IMG/VR virus record: IMGVR_UViG_3300010389_000006
Span: 16,786-80,785 of that record
From: a virus
Direction: 5' to 3' (one strand)
DNA: 64,000 nt
Part shown: positions 1 to 8,771 of the stretch, one piece after another
Layout of the letters: each line of letters opens with the position of its first letter
Position numbering within the stretch: the stretch's first letter is position 1
The notes under the pieces: generated by a model
Seen by the model: only the letters and a program-made list of their open reading frames with translations
The model's database searches: none
Told to the model about the DNA's origin: nothing
Made by a program: the position numbers and the translations under genes

Positions 1-3000
1 GTTGTAACTCAACTTGGATCAGTTGTCGCTGGTGCTGGTGGGGGAAGCGGGTATTTTACTGATCTTGGAACAACTTCTGGATATCCAACAGGTCCAATTG
101 AATTAACTATTCAACCAGGAAATTTATCTGTTGGTAATGATGAGATTACCTATCCCAATCATCCATTCATTGATGGTGATAAGATTACGGTAGTGGAAGC
201 AGAACAAGCACCAAACATTGCTAAACTTGGTGGTTCTATTCAAAGTTTTACGGTAACCAATGGTGGATCTGGATATACATCTCCTCCAAATATTCAAGTT
301 ACTGATAATGGTAGTGGACCTGTATCTGCTGGATCTTTCTCTGTTGTAATTAACAATGGATCCGTCACCCAAATCAACGTATTAAATGGTGGCGAAGGTT
401 ATCAGTTCCCTCAGGTTTCTTTTACTGGTGGCGGTGGATCTAATGCTGCTGCTACAGCACAATTATCTCCTGGTGGTGATGGTGGTGTTCAGTTTGAACG
501 TGGATTTACTTTTTATGTTCAATATGTAGATGCCAGCACTTTTAGAATCGGTAGAAGTAATGCTGACATCCTTGCTGGAAAGTATTACAACGTCACTGAT
601 CTTGGATCTGCTGGTACATTTAAACTTGCATCAACAACTGGTTTTGGACTGAGAGTTGGTATTGCCGCAAACTTAGATGGTTCTGTTAATTTTGCTACAA
701 TTAAAAGTCCTGGATATGGATACGAAGACGGTGATGTAGTCTATATTCTACAACCTGGAAGTGATGGTCTTGCTAGAGTAGAAATTGTTTCTACAGTAAG
801 TGATACAGGTGATAATCCAGAAGAACAATATCCTGGATTCTTATATTGTGATGGTGGTGAATATAATGCACAGGACTATCCATTATTGTATGAGATTCTG
901 AGTAATGATTATGGTGGCACTGGAGGAACATATAATCCATCTGATTTTGGTCAGACTAGTGCAGTAACATTTAAAGTTCCTGACTATAAAACTAGAAAAC
1001 TAGTTGGAGCAGGCGGTGGTGTTTCTGGTGGAGGATCTCCTGTATCAGGTAATGTCATCTCCACAGTTGGTGCTACTGGTGGTAAATGGTTCTTCTCTAA
1101 AAATGATCAGGAAGCATTATATGACATTGGTAATATTGTTATCAGTGGATATGATAATGTGACCGATTTTGTTGCTGGTACTTTGAGTGGTGATGTTACC
1201 ATTAAGATTGGACCTTTACAAGAAAAATTAATTTCTGCAGTTCCAGAACACGAACATGCTATTCTTACATCAGAAGCACCAGAAGCAGGTGCATTTGAGG
1301 GTGCTGGATTCTTTGCTGATGATCACTCTGCTGGATTTAAGAATGGCACAGGACAGGTTAACTTCTTCCTGCCATCTGGTGGTGTTCCTTTATTCCACAC
1401 TCATGGTATTGTAGATTATGTTATCCCAGATCCTAACGCATCAACATATGGTAATGTTAGTGGAATTGGTGAAGTTATAACCAAAACTTTCAATGCTACG
1501 GCAATTGTTTCTACTGGAACTTCAACAACTATTACTATTGCTGCTCATGAACTACAGACTGGATATAAAATTAGGGTTTTAGATAATCCACAATCTACAA
1601 TCGCTACAGTTAATGTAGATGGTGTAGCTACTTCATTCGCCGCAAATACTGAATGGTATGTAATTAAAGTTGATAACGATACAATTAAATTAGCAAAGAG
1701 TAGATATGCTGCTCTTCGTCTGCAAGAGTTGCAGTTCTCTACAAATGGCAACTCTGCTGATATTACTATTGAGACACACTACGCAGCTGCTGGTAATTTC
1801 CCATCGGAACTTATTACAACGATTATCACACCAACTCCAACTTCATATGATATTGATGACAACTATGTAATTGGTGGCAAACCAGTTATTATTCCTGGTG
1901 ATACGTTCTCAACAACTGTCCAAAAACAAAATCAAACAACTTCTGGTACATATTCTGTTCCTGCACCTACAGCAGATGAACTCCCACTAACATCTATTGC
2001 GGTAACTCTTGGTGGTGCTGGTGGTTATGGTGCTACTACTGATTCTGCTCCTGGTGGTGGAGGAAATACAACATACACATTTAGTGCTAGTGGATACACT
2101 TATGAAGTGAGAGCAACTGGTGGTAGTGGTGGTACTACTGGAAGTTCTGGTGGTAATGGTGGTGGAGGTGGAGCAGGTTTCATCTATGTTAAGAGTGGTG
2201 GAACTACAGTACAAACTGTTAGTCTTTCTACAATTACTCCTGGCACAACAAATGCACTTACAGGCGGTGTTGAATACACACTAGTTTCATATTATGCAGG
2301 TCAGTCTGGAACTGGTGGTAGTTCATCTCAGGGTGGTACTGGTGGTGCTTCTTCTTATATTGGTGGAGCAGGTGGCGATGGATCTAGAACATTATATACT
2401 GGAACTAATAATGTAACGCAGTCATTTACATCACCATCTTCTAGTTATCAGTCATATAATATCCCGAATGATTGGCCACTAGATCAACTTCAAGCAGAAG
2501 TTAAAGGTGGTGGCGGTGGATCTGGTGGTCGCGGCGATGGCGGCGACTGGTTCCCTGGAAATGGTAATGGTGGTAAGAGAGTTACTGCTAACATTAACCC
2601 TGGCAACAATGGTACTTTGAGAGTATATGTTGGTGGTGGTGGTAATGCTGGCGGCAACCGCTCGGGTGGTTCTGGTGGTGTAGGTTTTGCTACTGGTGGT
2701 AATGGTGGTAATGGTACTGGCGGCGGCGGAGGCGGCGGTGGAGGTGGTGCATCTGCTGTTGGAACACCTTCTGCTATCATTATCGGTGCTGGAGGCGGTG
2801 GCGGTGGTGGTGCTGCTGGAGACTCTACCCAAGGATCTGACCAAAATGGTCAATTAAACTCTAGTGATGCTGTTCAAAATCTGTCTGCATTGTTCTCTGG
2901 AACTGGTTCCAATGGTGGCAACTCTGTCTGCTCTGGAGGCGGCGGAGGCGGCGGCGGAGGCGGCGTTGGCGTAGGTTCTGGCATCGGTGGTGGTGGAGGC

Positions 3001-4095
3001 GGTGGAAACGGATCCAACGCCCGTAGAGATGGTTTTGGTGGTGCTAGAGGTCAGTCTGCTGTTAAGAGTAGTGGAACTGGTCCAACTGCATCTCTTGTCT
3101 CTGAAGGTGGAGCGGGAAATGCTACTAGTGTTAGTGCAGGAAATACACAAAATGGTAATGCTGGATCTGTTGTCTTTGTTGCTACTGAGAACCAAACTTA
3201 CTATGGTTCTGGCGGTGGCGGTGGTGGTTCGGGTGCTTACTTTGAACTGCAATTTACTGAAGTTGGAAATGGTAGTGCTGGTACACTAGTTGTTGGTGAT
3301 GGATATAGTGATGGTAGAGGAATCATTGGATATCAGGTTCCACAATCTTCTGGTGATACGACAGGAACATCTTCTACTATTGGTATCTTTGATGCTGCAA
3401 GCACTAGCGTAGATTATGTTGAGTCTGGTACTGGTAGTGGAACTACTGGTGGATTTGTTTCTCCAGATGGATTCAAATATCTAAGATTCTTTGGTAATGA
3501 AGCAAATAGATGGGCAAGAAGTATCGGTATCAATGCATCTGCTAGCAACTCAAAAGGAACTGTTGTTGAAGCATTGAGATTTAATGTAATTGTTGGTGAT
3601 AATTCTAATGGTGGTGAAGCACCATCTGCTCCTCTTGAACTATTTGCAAGTAATGATGCTGGTGGAAGTTATACTAAAATTGGAACTGTTGCATCTACTG
3701 CTGGTCCATCAGTTTGGACAGATGTTGATGTTGCATTACCAGCAGACTATCAAGAACCAGGAATGCTGTTTGAACTAAGACAATCACGTTCATCTTCTGG
3801 CAATCCAAACAACGATAACTATGGTGTATCTGCTGTCTATTTGATTCATGCTGAGGGTGAGGTTACAACTATTACCACATCTTCTGGTAAAGTTGATCTT
3901 GGTGTAGAATACATTACAGAGGTTATTCCACCACAGGGAGATCCAATTAACTCTGCTGGTATTGATGTTAATGATGGTATTTTCACACTATCCTCTGCTG
4001 TGAAGTTAAGTGTTACATCTGAGTTGCAACCAGAGATTGACATTCCGCTCTTAACACGCTATCATCTAGTTAAGTATTTGATTAAGGCGTACTGA
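1..4095 (+). CDS. Gly-rich tail fibre protein, 5'-truncated by the window edge
   Basis: Frame 1 is open from base 1 to TGA 4093-4095; the ORF track starts only at GTG 193. Contains a tail-collar-like motif (YPGFLYCDGGEYNAQDYPLLYEIL...FKVPDY), GGSGY-type repeats, poly-Gly tracts and a C-terminal Asp-box-containing module. Confidence 0.85.
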   Translation, partial: VVTQLGSVVAGAGGGSGYFTDLGTTSGYPTGPIELTIQPGNLSVGNDEITYPNHPFIDGDKITVVEAEQAPNIAKLGGSIQSFTVTNGGSGYTSPPNIQVTDNGSGPVSAGSFSVVINNGSVTQINVLNGGEGYQFPQVSFTGGGGSNAAATAQLSPGGDGGVQFERGFTFYVQYVDASTFRIGRSNADILAGKYYNVTDLGSAGTFKLASTTGFGLRVGIAANLDGSVNFATIKSPGYGYEDGDVVYILQPGSDGLARVEIVSTVSDTGDNPEEQYPGFLYCDGGEYNAQDYPLLYEILSNDYGGTGGTYNPSDFGQTSAVTFKVPDYKTRKLVGAGGGVSGGGSPVSGNVISTVGATGGKWFFSKNDQEALYDIGNIVISGYDNVTDFVAGTLSGDVTIKIGPLQEKLISAVPEHEHAILTSEAPEAGAFEGAGFFADDHSAGFKNGTGQVNFFLPSGGVPLFHTHGIVDYVIPDPNASTYGNVSGIGEVITKTFNATAIVSTGTSTTITIAAHELQTGYKIRVLDNPQSTIATVNVDGVATSFAANTEWYVIKVDNDTIKLAKSRYAALRLQELQFSTNGNSADITIETHYAAAGNFPSELITTIITPTPTSYDIDDNYVIGGKPVIIPGDTFSTTVQKQNQTTSGTYSVPAPTADELPLTSIAVTLGGAGGYGATTDSAPGGGGNTTYTFSASGYTYEVRATGGSGGTTGSSGGNGGGGGAGFIYVKSGGTTVQTVSLSTITPGTTNALTGGVEYTLVSYYAGQSGTGGSSSQGGTGGASSYIGGAGGDGSRTLYTGTNNVTQSFTSPSSSYQSYNIPNDWPLDQLQAEVKGGGGGSGGRGDGGDWFPGNGNGGKRVTANINPGNNGTLRVYVGGGGNAGGNRSGGSGGVGFATGGNGGNGTGGGGGGGGGGASAVGTPSAIIIGAGGGGGGGAAGDSTQGSDQNGQLNSSDAVQNLSALFSGTGSNGGNSVCSGGGGGGGGGGVGVGSGIGGGGGGGNGSNARRDGFGGARGQSAVKSSGTGPTASLVSEGGAGNATSVSAGNTQNGNAGSVVFVATENQTYYGSGGGGGGSGAYFELQFTEVGNGSAGTLVVGDGYSDGRGIIGYQVPQSSGDTTGTSSTIGIFDAASTSVDYVESGTGSGTTGGFVSPDGFKYLRFFGNEANRWARSIGINASASNSKGTVVEALRFNVIVGDNSNGGEAPSAPLELFASNDAGGSYTKIGTVASTAGPSVWTDVDVALPADYQEPGMLFELRQSRSSSGNPNNDNYGVSAVYLIHAEGEVTTITTSSGKVDLGVEYITEVIPPQGDPINSAGIDVNDGIFTLSSAVKLSVTSELQPEIDIPLLTRYHLVKYLIKAY

Positions 4096-4715
4096 TGCTG
4101 CTTGGTAAAGATTGTGGGTATATTTGTGATCCCCAGCAAGTTAATGGAAAATTTGAGGATTTTATTGGAATCTACCCACGTTTTGTACATCATGAGCTGT
4201 GTACTGCTGTAATAGATCAGTTTGAGAAATATCTGGATACAAATCCTAGTTTTGCACAGCATGGTCAGGATCAATTTCCTGAAAAGAAACTAGGTAGACA
4301 AGACGTTGGCATGATGCTAGATGATGTTGATCAAACATTGGCAGCACACATGTATCAGTATATCAATACTGCATTTGAAAATTATAAGATTCAATACGAT
4401 CAAATATCAAAAATTAATCTGCAAACAATTGGTATCAAACTGCAAAAAACTCCTCCTGGTGGTGGGTATCATGTTTGGCACTATGAAAACTCTAGTTTCA
4501 GAGCAGCAAATAGAGAATTAGCATGGATGGTTTACTTGAATGACATGCCAGAAGGTGAGGCAGAGACTGAGTTTTTGTATCAGAAGAAGAGATACAGACC
4601 ACAGACTGGCACGTTGTTAATTTGGCCTGCTGGTATGACACATGTACATCGTGGCAACACTGTTTTCACGCATGATAAATATATTACGACAGGCTGGTTC
4701 CTAAAACTCCCCTAA
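4095..4715 (+). CDS. 2OG-Fe(II) oxygenase (prolyl-4-hydroxylase-like)
   Basis: GYHVWHYE (HxE) ... LAWMVYLND ... GTLLIWPA ... THVHRG ... KYITTGW. Start overlaps the fibre stop (TGATG). Confidence 0.85.
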   Translation: MLLGKDCGYICDPQQVNGKFEDFIGIYPRFVHHELCTAVIDQFEKYLDTNPSFAQHGQDQFPEKKLGRQDVGMMLDDVDQTLAAHMYQYINTAFENYKIQYDQISKINLQTIGIKLQKTPPGGGYHVWHYENSSFRAANRELAWMVYLNDMPEGEAETEFLYQKKRYRPQTGTLLIWPAGMTHVHRGNTVFTHDKYITTGWFLKLP

Positions 4716-4720
4716 GAATA

Positions 4721-5548
4721 ATGGCAGACACTCGTGTAGTAATCCAAGTAAATGCACTAGAACGACTTATCATCGTTGATGGTAAAGTTCAGGTGATTGG
4801 AGAAGACTATTGGAACGAAAATATTCAGAATGTATTGTTCCCATTCTGGTCATCAGATAGAGATCGTTTGATCTATCTGAATTATTTCTCTGATGGATCC
4901 TATGGTATTGAGAAGAAGAAATATGTTCTTGATCGTGCCAGCGGTGAAAGAAAGTGGAAGACTTATGATTGGAGAGAACCAACGTCTGCACAAGTTGCTG
5001 AGGTCGCTGAGTTGCTTAAAGAGAAATACTTTGAGTATCAGGATACTGAACAAGAAGTAATCCAAGAGAAAATTTACAACGAGTATGGTCGTTGGAATAA
5101 AGTATCATGGGAAGGAATCAGAATGATTCGTAACTTCATGCTTGATGATTGTGATTGGACACAAATGCCCGACGCACAGTTAGATGATGCGACAAAGGCA
5201 CAGTGGTCAGCATATAGACAGAAACTAAGGGACATTCCTACTGACTATGCTGGTCAAGATGCTGATGATGTAAGATTCCCAATTAATCCTATCTTCTTTG
5301 CTGGTACATATCAAAGAATGGAAGGAAAGTCTGAGAATGAGTATCTAGCGACACAAGATCAGTTTGGTGTATTCACATCATCAACTTATGGTGAGTATGC
5401 AAAGAGAATTGTTGCTCAGATTGCAAACTACTATAAGATTAAGAATCCTGATGCTATCTTCCCACCTGCCGATATTGTTGCATCTACTGCATCTAGCGAA
5501 GAAGAACTAGACCTAATCCTACAGAGAATTCAAGCAAATAACGTTTAA
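4721..5548 (+). CDS. Tail-fibre assembly chaperone-like protein
   Basis: Central motif IRMIRNFMLDDCDWTQMPD...QWSAYRQKLRDIP resembles phage tail assembly chaperones; lies downstream of a fibre gene. Confidence 0.65.
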   Translation: MADTRVVIQVNALERLIIVDGKVQVIGEDYWNENIQNVLFPFWSSDRDRLIYLNYFSDGSYGIEKKKYVLDRASGERKWKTYDWREPTSAQVAEVAELLKEKYFEYQDTEQEVIQEKIYNEYGRWNKVSWEGIRMIRNFMLDDCDWTQMPDAQLDDATKAQWSAYRQKLRDIPTDYAGQDADDVRFPINPIFFAGTYQRMEGKSENEYLATQDQFGVFTSSTYGEYAKRIVAQIANYYKIKNPDAIFPPADIVASTASSEEELDLILQRIQANNV

Positions 5549-5550
5549 TT

Positions 5551-5886
5551 ATGTCAACTGAACTTAATATTCTTATCCTTACCCTTACAACGGGTGAGGA
5601 ACTGATTGCTAATGTAAAAAAACATATCGAAAGAGTTGATGGACAAGACGTTGAAGTCTGTTACAATCTCGTGTATCCATTTGTCATGAAAGAGCAAGGC
5701 AGAGAAGGAGACGTAGAGAAAGTATCCTTCATGCCATGGAAAAAATACTCTGGTGATACCCAGTTCTTGCTTGGGTACAATTATGTTATGAATATGTGCA
5801 GTCCTCTTCCAAATGTGCTAAACTCATACAAAGATTCTGTGAACAAGTACATTCAAACTTTGAGCGAGAGAGCAAATGATTTATGA
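5551..5886 (+). CDS. Hypothetical protein (Sm-like T4-type small protein)
   Basis: ORF track, 111 aa; LTLTTGEELIA...LVYPF...PW pattern. Confidence 0.5.
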   Translation: MSTELNILILTLTTGEELIANVKKHIERVDGQDVEVCYNLVYPFVMKEQGREGDVEKVSFMPWKKYSGDTQFLLGYNYVMNMCSPLPNVLNSYKDSVNKYIQTLSERANDL

Positions 5887-6523
5887 ATATGATTTTCTAG
5901 ATAAAAACAAATTGAGACAAATGCTCAGTTTGTTTGATGCTGGTAAGTTTGAAGATGGTGCTAAGTCTGGTCCAAAAGACAAAAAGTATAAGCACAACTC
6001 AGAGCAGAGTGATATTGAAATCGGCAAAATGGTAAATACTGCCGTTTACAAATTAATCAGAGAATCTGAAATTTCAAAAATTCATATTCTCAACAAATGT
6101 TCTCCATCTTTGATGCTCAAGTATGAGGTTGGCAATCACTATGCTGATCATAGTGATTTTTTTGACATGTGGGGAACTAGAACAGATTATACCTGTGTTG
6201 TTAATCTGAATGATGACTACGAAGGTGGTGAGCATTACATTCAGATTGGAACTGAGAGAATTGAGAAAAAAATAGAACCAGGCAAAGCACTCATTTATCC
6301 AACAGAATTCATTCATGGGGTCAATCCTGTCACCAGTGGTGTTCGTAAGTGCTTGACATTTTGGATGGAAAGTTCTATTGTAGATCCTACAATTAGATAC
6401 TATCTTGCTGAATTAAATAAGTTCTACTACAAGATTGAAGGTAGTATGGATCGTGAAGATCTAGTCAATTTTGATCTCATTAGAATGGGATTGATCAAGC
6501 GCAGCAGTATTTTGAGGAACTGA
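5876..6523 (+). CDS. 2OG-Fe(II) oxygenase (PKHD/YbiX-like)
   Basis: FEDGAKSG N-terminus, YADHSD (HxD), YEGGE, FIHGVNPVTSGVRKCL. Confidence 0.85.
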   Translation: MIYEYDFLDKNKLRQMLSLFDAGKFEDGAKSGPKDKKYKHNSEQSDIEIGKMVNTAVYKLIRESEISKIHILNKCSPSLMLKYEVGNHYADHSDFFDMWGTRTDYTCVVNLNDDYEGGEHYIQIGTERIEKKIEPGKALIYPTEFIHGVNPVTSGVRKCLTFWMESSIVDPTIRYYLAELNKFYYKIEGSMDREDLVNFDLIRMGLIKRSSILRN

Positions 6524-6524
6524 T

Positions 6525-7055
6525 ATGGCATTGCTAACTGATATTAAATCATACGATACTATTCTCACTATCAATGAGATGAAAGAGATTGATAGGATTG
6601 CTAGTCGCCCCCGCTGGATGTTTGGTGCTGCTAGTGATACCACCACGCCATTTAAAAGATTCTGGAAGATGGATGTCAAAGGAATTACTATGTTTGATAG
6701 TATTATTCCAGAGAAGATGAAGATCTTGATTCCATTTGAATTTGAGATCTTAGATTATTATTTGAATGGACACACATATGGTTTGAATGGTGGAGCACAC
6801 AAAGATGATGCTGACTACACATTTGTATTGTTCTGTAATCCTACATGGGATATTACATGGGGTGGCAAGACTATGTTTGTTCAGGAAGATGGTAGATTTG
6901 ATTCAGTTTTCCCTAAACCTGGGTCTGCTGTATTGTTCCCATCAGATATTCTACACTGGGCAGAAGAGACTGGACGAGAGTTTTATGGTCTTAGAGTAAC
7001 TGCTGCGTATAAATTAAAGAAAGTGGAGACACAAGATGAACATCCAGACTCTTGA
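6525..7055 (+). CDS. 2OG-Fe(II) oxygenase
   Basis: GGAHKD (HxD), WGGKTMF, PKPGSAVLFPSDILHWA, LRVTAAY. Confidence 0.8.
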   Translation: MALLTDIKSYDTILTINEMKEIDRIASRPRWMFGAASDTTTPFKRFWKMDVKGITMFDSIIPEKMKILIPFEFEILDYYLNGHTYGLNGGAHKDDADYTFVLFCNPTWDITWGGKTMFVQEDGRFDSVFPKPGSAVLFPSDILHWAEETGREFYGLRVTAAYKLKKVETQDEHPDS

Positions 7056-7428
7056 TTCTGCTGCAAATTGGGACGATATTGAAGAGTATGCTGCTACACA
7101 ATCAGGAGCAGTTGTATACTTTGAGAACCCAAGACTTGAAGCAGCAGATGAAGCAACCAAATCAACAGTATTAGATTACTATAAGTTTGATGAAGACATG
7201 CCAGCAGAGCTGGTAGTAGAATTGGAAAGTAAGTTCTACGGTTACATTCAGTTTAGAAATCCAGATATTGCATTTGATTTTGTTGCTGACTATTTCCCTC
7301 GCAGAGATGAATTACCAGACGGTGATTCTGGTGAACCATATTGGTATCAATGCTATGTCATTAGACCAGATGGTGTTGTAGAGTACGATAACAAAGCATT
7401 ACGACCAGGAAACAATAGACTCAAATGA
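7036..7428 (+). CDS. Hypothetical acidic protein
   Basis: ORF track, 130 aa; overlaps both neighbours. Confidence 0.7.
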   Translation: MNIQTLDSAANWDDIEEYAATQSGAVVYFENPRLEAADEATKSTVLDYYKFDEDMPAELVVELESKFYGYIQFRNPDIAFDFVADYFPRRDELPDGDSGEPYWYQCYVIRPDGVVEYDNKALRPGNNRLK

Positions 7429-7958
7429 TGGAACAATTTGATGCATTTAACATTTCTTTCTTTCAGACGAAAGTAGAGAACTGGAGTGAACATAAAGATA
7501 GAATACTAGCATTATTAGATCTTGAAGAGTGCGAAGATCATTACACAGACTATCATAAAAACTATCAGAAACTGATTGAAAGCAATGAGTTTGCTTCTTA
7601 TGGTGAGGAAGTTATTGATGTGCTGCGTCCAGCACTAGAACAATTCAATGAAGTATACCCCAACAATATCAACATTAAATTGATGTGGGCACAGAAATAT
7701 GGTGCTGGTCATCTTCATCAATTACACAATCATGGTCCATTAGGATACAGTTCTATATTCTATGCACAGTTTGATGGTACACATAAAGCGACATCATTTT
7801 ATGCACCATATATTGGATTTATTGAAGGTAATGTGTTAGAGTATGTGCCTGAGGTATCTGAGGGAGACATTATATTCTTCCCATCTGTACTCATGCACCA
7901 GTGTAAACCAGTACAATCTGATACAGAACGTATCATAATTTCTTTTAATATCTACTGA
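7425..7958 (+). CDS. Putative 2OG-Fe(II) oxygenase (HxH type, TIGR02466-like)
   Basis: HQLHNH, EGDIIFFPSVLMHQC, ERIIISFNI. Confidence 0.8.
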   Translation: MMEQFDAFNISFFQTKVENWSEHKDRILALLDLEECEDHYTDYHKNYQKLIESNEFASYGEEVIDVLRPALEQFNEVYPNNINIKLMWAQKYGAGHLHQLHNHGPLGYSSIFYAQFDGTHKATSFYAPYIGFIEGNVLEYVPEVSEGDIIFFPSVLMHQCKPVQSDTERIIISFNIY

Positions 7959-7961
7959 CGC

Positions 7962-7991
7962 TTGACATGGTGTTGACACCTGTGCTATGGT
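7962..7991 (+). promoter_or_regulatory. Sigma70-type promoter enclosed by a 12-bp inverted repeat
   Basis: TTGACA 7962-7967, 18-nt spacer, TGc-TATGGT 7983-7991. Inverted-repeat arms at 7952-7963 and 7996-8007. Confidence 0.7.
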
Positions 7992-8013
7992 AGCAAAGCG
8001 TCAGTAGGACACC

Positions 8014-8565
8014 ATGCTTGAGTTTTGTTATGAACTTCCTTATGAGGACCTTGACTTTACAGATACAGAAACTCGCAAACTTTATCGTATTGGAAGGGGA
8101 GAGCAAGGAGTCCTATTGGTTCGCCCTTATACTAACGACATATGCGCTCATTGGAGATTCGTAAATGAAGATGCTGCTCGCAAATCTGCTGATAAAATTT
8201 ACTCCATGTTCTGTGAATATAGAGAGCATGGAGACTTCATTGGTATGGACATGGCGAGGAAATTCCTTGAGATGGGGTTTACTCGCGCCCGCAGGTATGC
8301 AAATCATCATGACGGGAGAAAATACACTGAAACTGGTGAAGTTAGACCTCAGGAGACAGATGCATTACACTGTGAAAAGTCCGCTGCTGCTAAAGTTTTC
8401 AAAGGTATAAGAGATAAAGCCGCATATGACCCAGAATACCAAAGACAACGCAAACAATGGAGAAACAATGAAAGTTCCTACGCAGTACGAGTTGACACAC
8501 TTGCAGCTACAAGCAATGTTACGCGATCACAATATTCCCGAAACCGAAATAAAGTATCTGGGTGA
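8014..8565 (+). CDS. DUF4385-like protein
   Basis: YRIGRGEQGVLLVRPY...HWRF...MDMARKFLEMGFTRARRYANH. Confidence 0.75.
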   Translation: MLEFCYELPYEDLDFTDTETRKLYRIGRGEQGVLLVRPYTNDICAHWRFVNEDAARKSADKIYSMFCEYREHGDFIGMDMARKFLEMGFTRARRYANHHDGRKYTETGEVRPQETDALHCEKSAAAKVFKGIRDKAAYDPEYQRQRKQWRNNESSYAVRVDTLAATSNVTRSQYSRNRNKVSG

Positions 8566-8701
8566 ATTTGAATACACTGCTGAATATCAAGCACATCCAG
8601 AATACCATGGCTATATGATGCATTGGTATCGCATTGGTAATGAACATGAGGTGCCTGTCTGCGACATCGCATCCGTCGATCGAACCGACGAGGACGATTG
8701 A
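8468..8701 (+). CDS. Hypothetical protein
   Basis: MKVPTQYELTH...; ATG 8468 is preferred over the track start; the stop lies inside the downstream promoter box. Confidence 0.65.
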   Translation: MKVPTQYELTHLQLQAMLRDHNIPETEIKYLGEFEYTAEYQAHPEYHGYMMHWYRIGNEHEVPVCDIASVDRTDEDD

Positions 8702-8749
8702 AGAACTGTCACATGGGGGTCTTCGGACCCCTTTCTCATGCCCTATACT
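8691..8749 (+). promoter_or_regulatory. Early-type promoter element copy 1
   Basis: AGGACGATT-GAAG-AACTGTCAC; spacer hairpin GGGGTC-TTCG-GACCCC; TATACT 8744-8749. Confidence 0.75.
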
Positions 8750-8771
8750 ATTCTCATCAACAGCGCACCAC

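Noticed and set aside
1987-3252. Minus-strand poly-Pro/Thr/Ser ORFs
   Set aside because: Antisense reading of GGN repeats in the tail fibre.
8634-8771. N-terminal extension of the helicase in the ORF track
   Set aside because: Spans the promoter element and overlaps the upstream gene; ATG 8772 fits the motif spacing and predicted TSS (8756).
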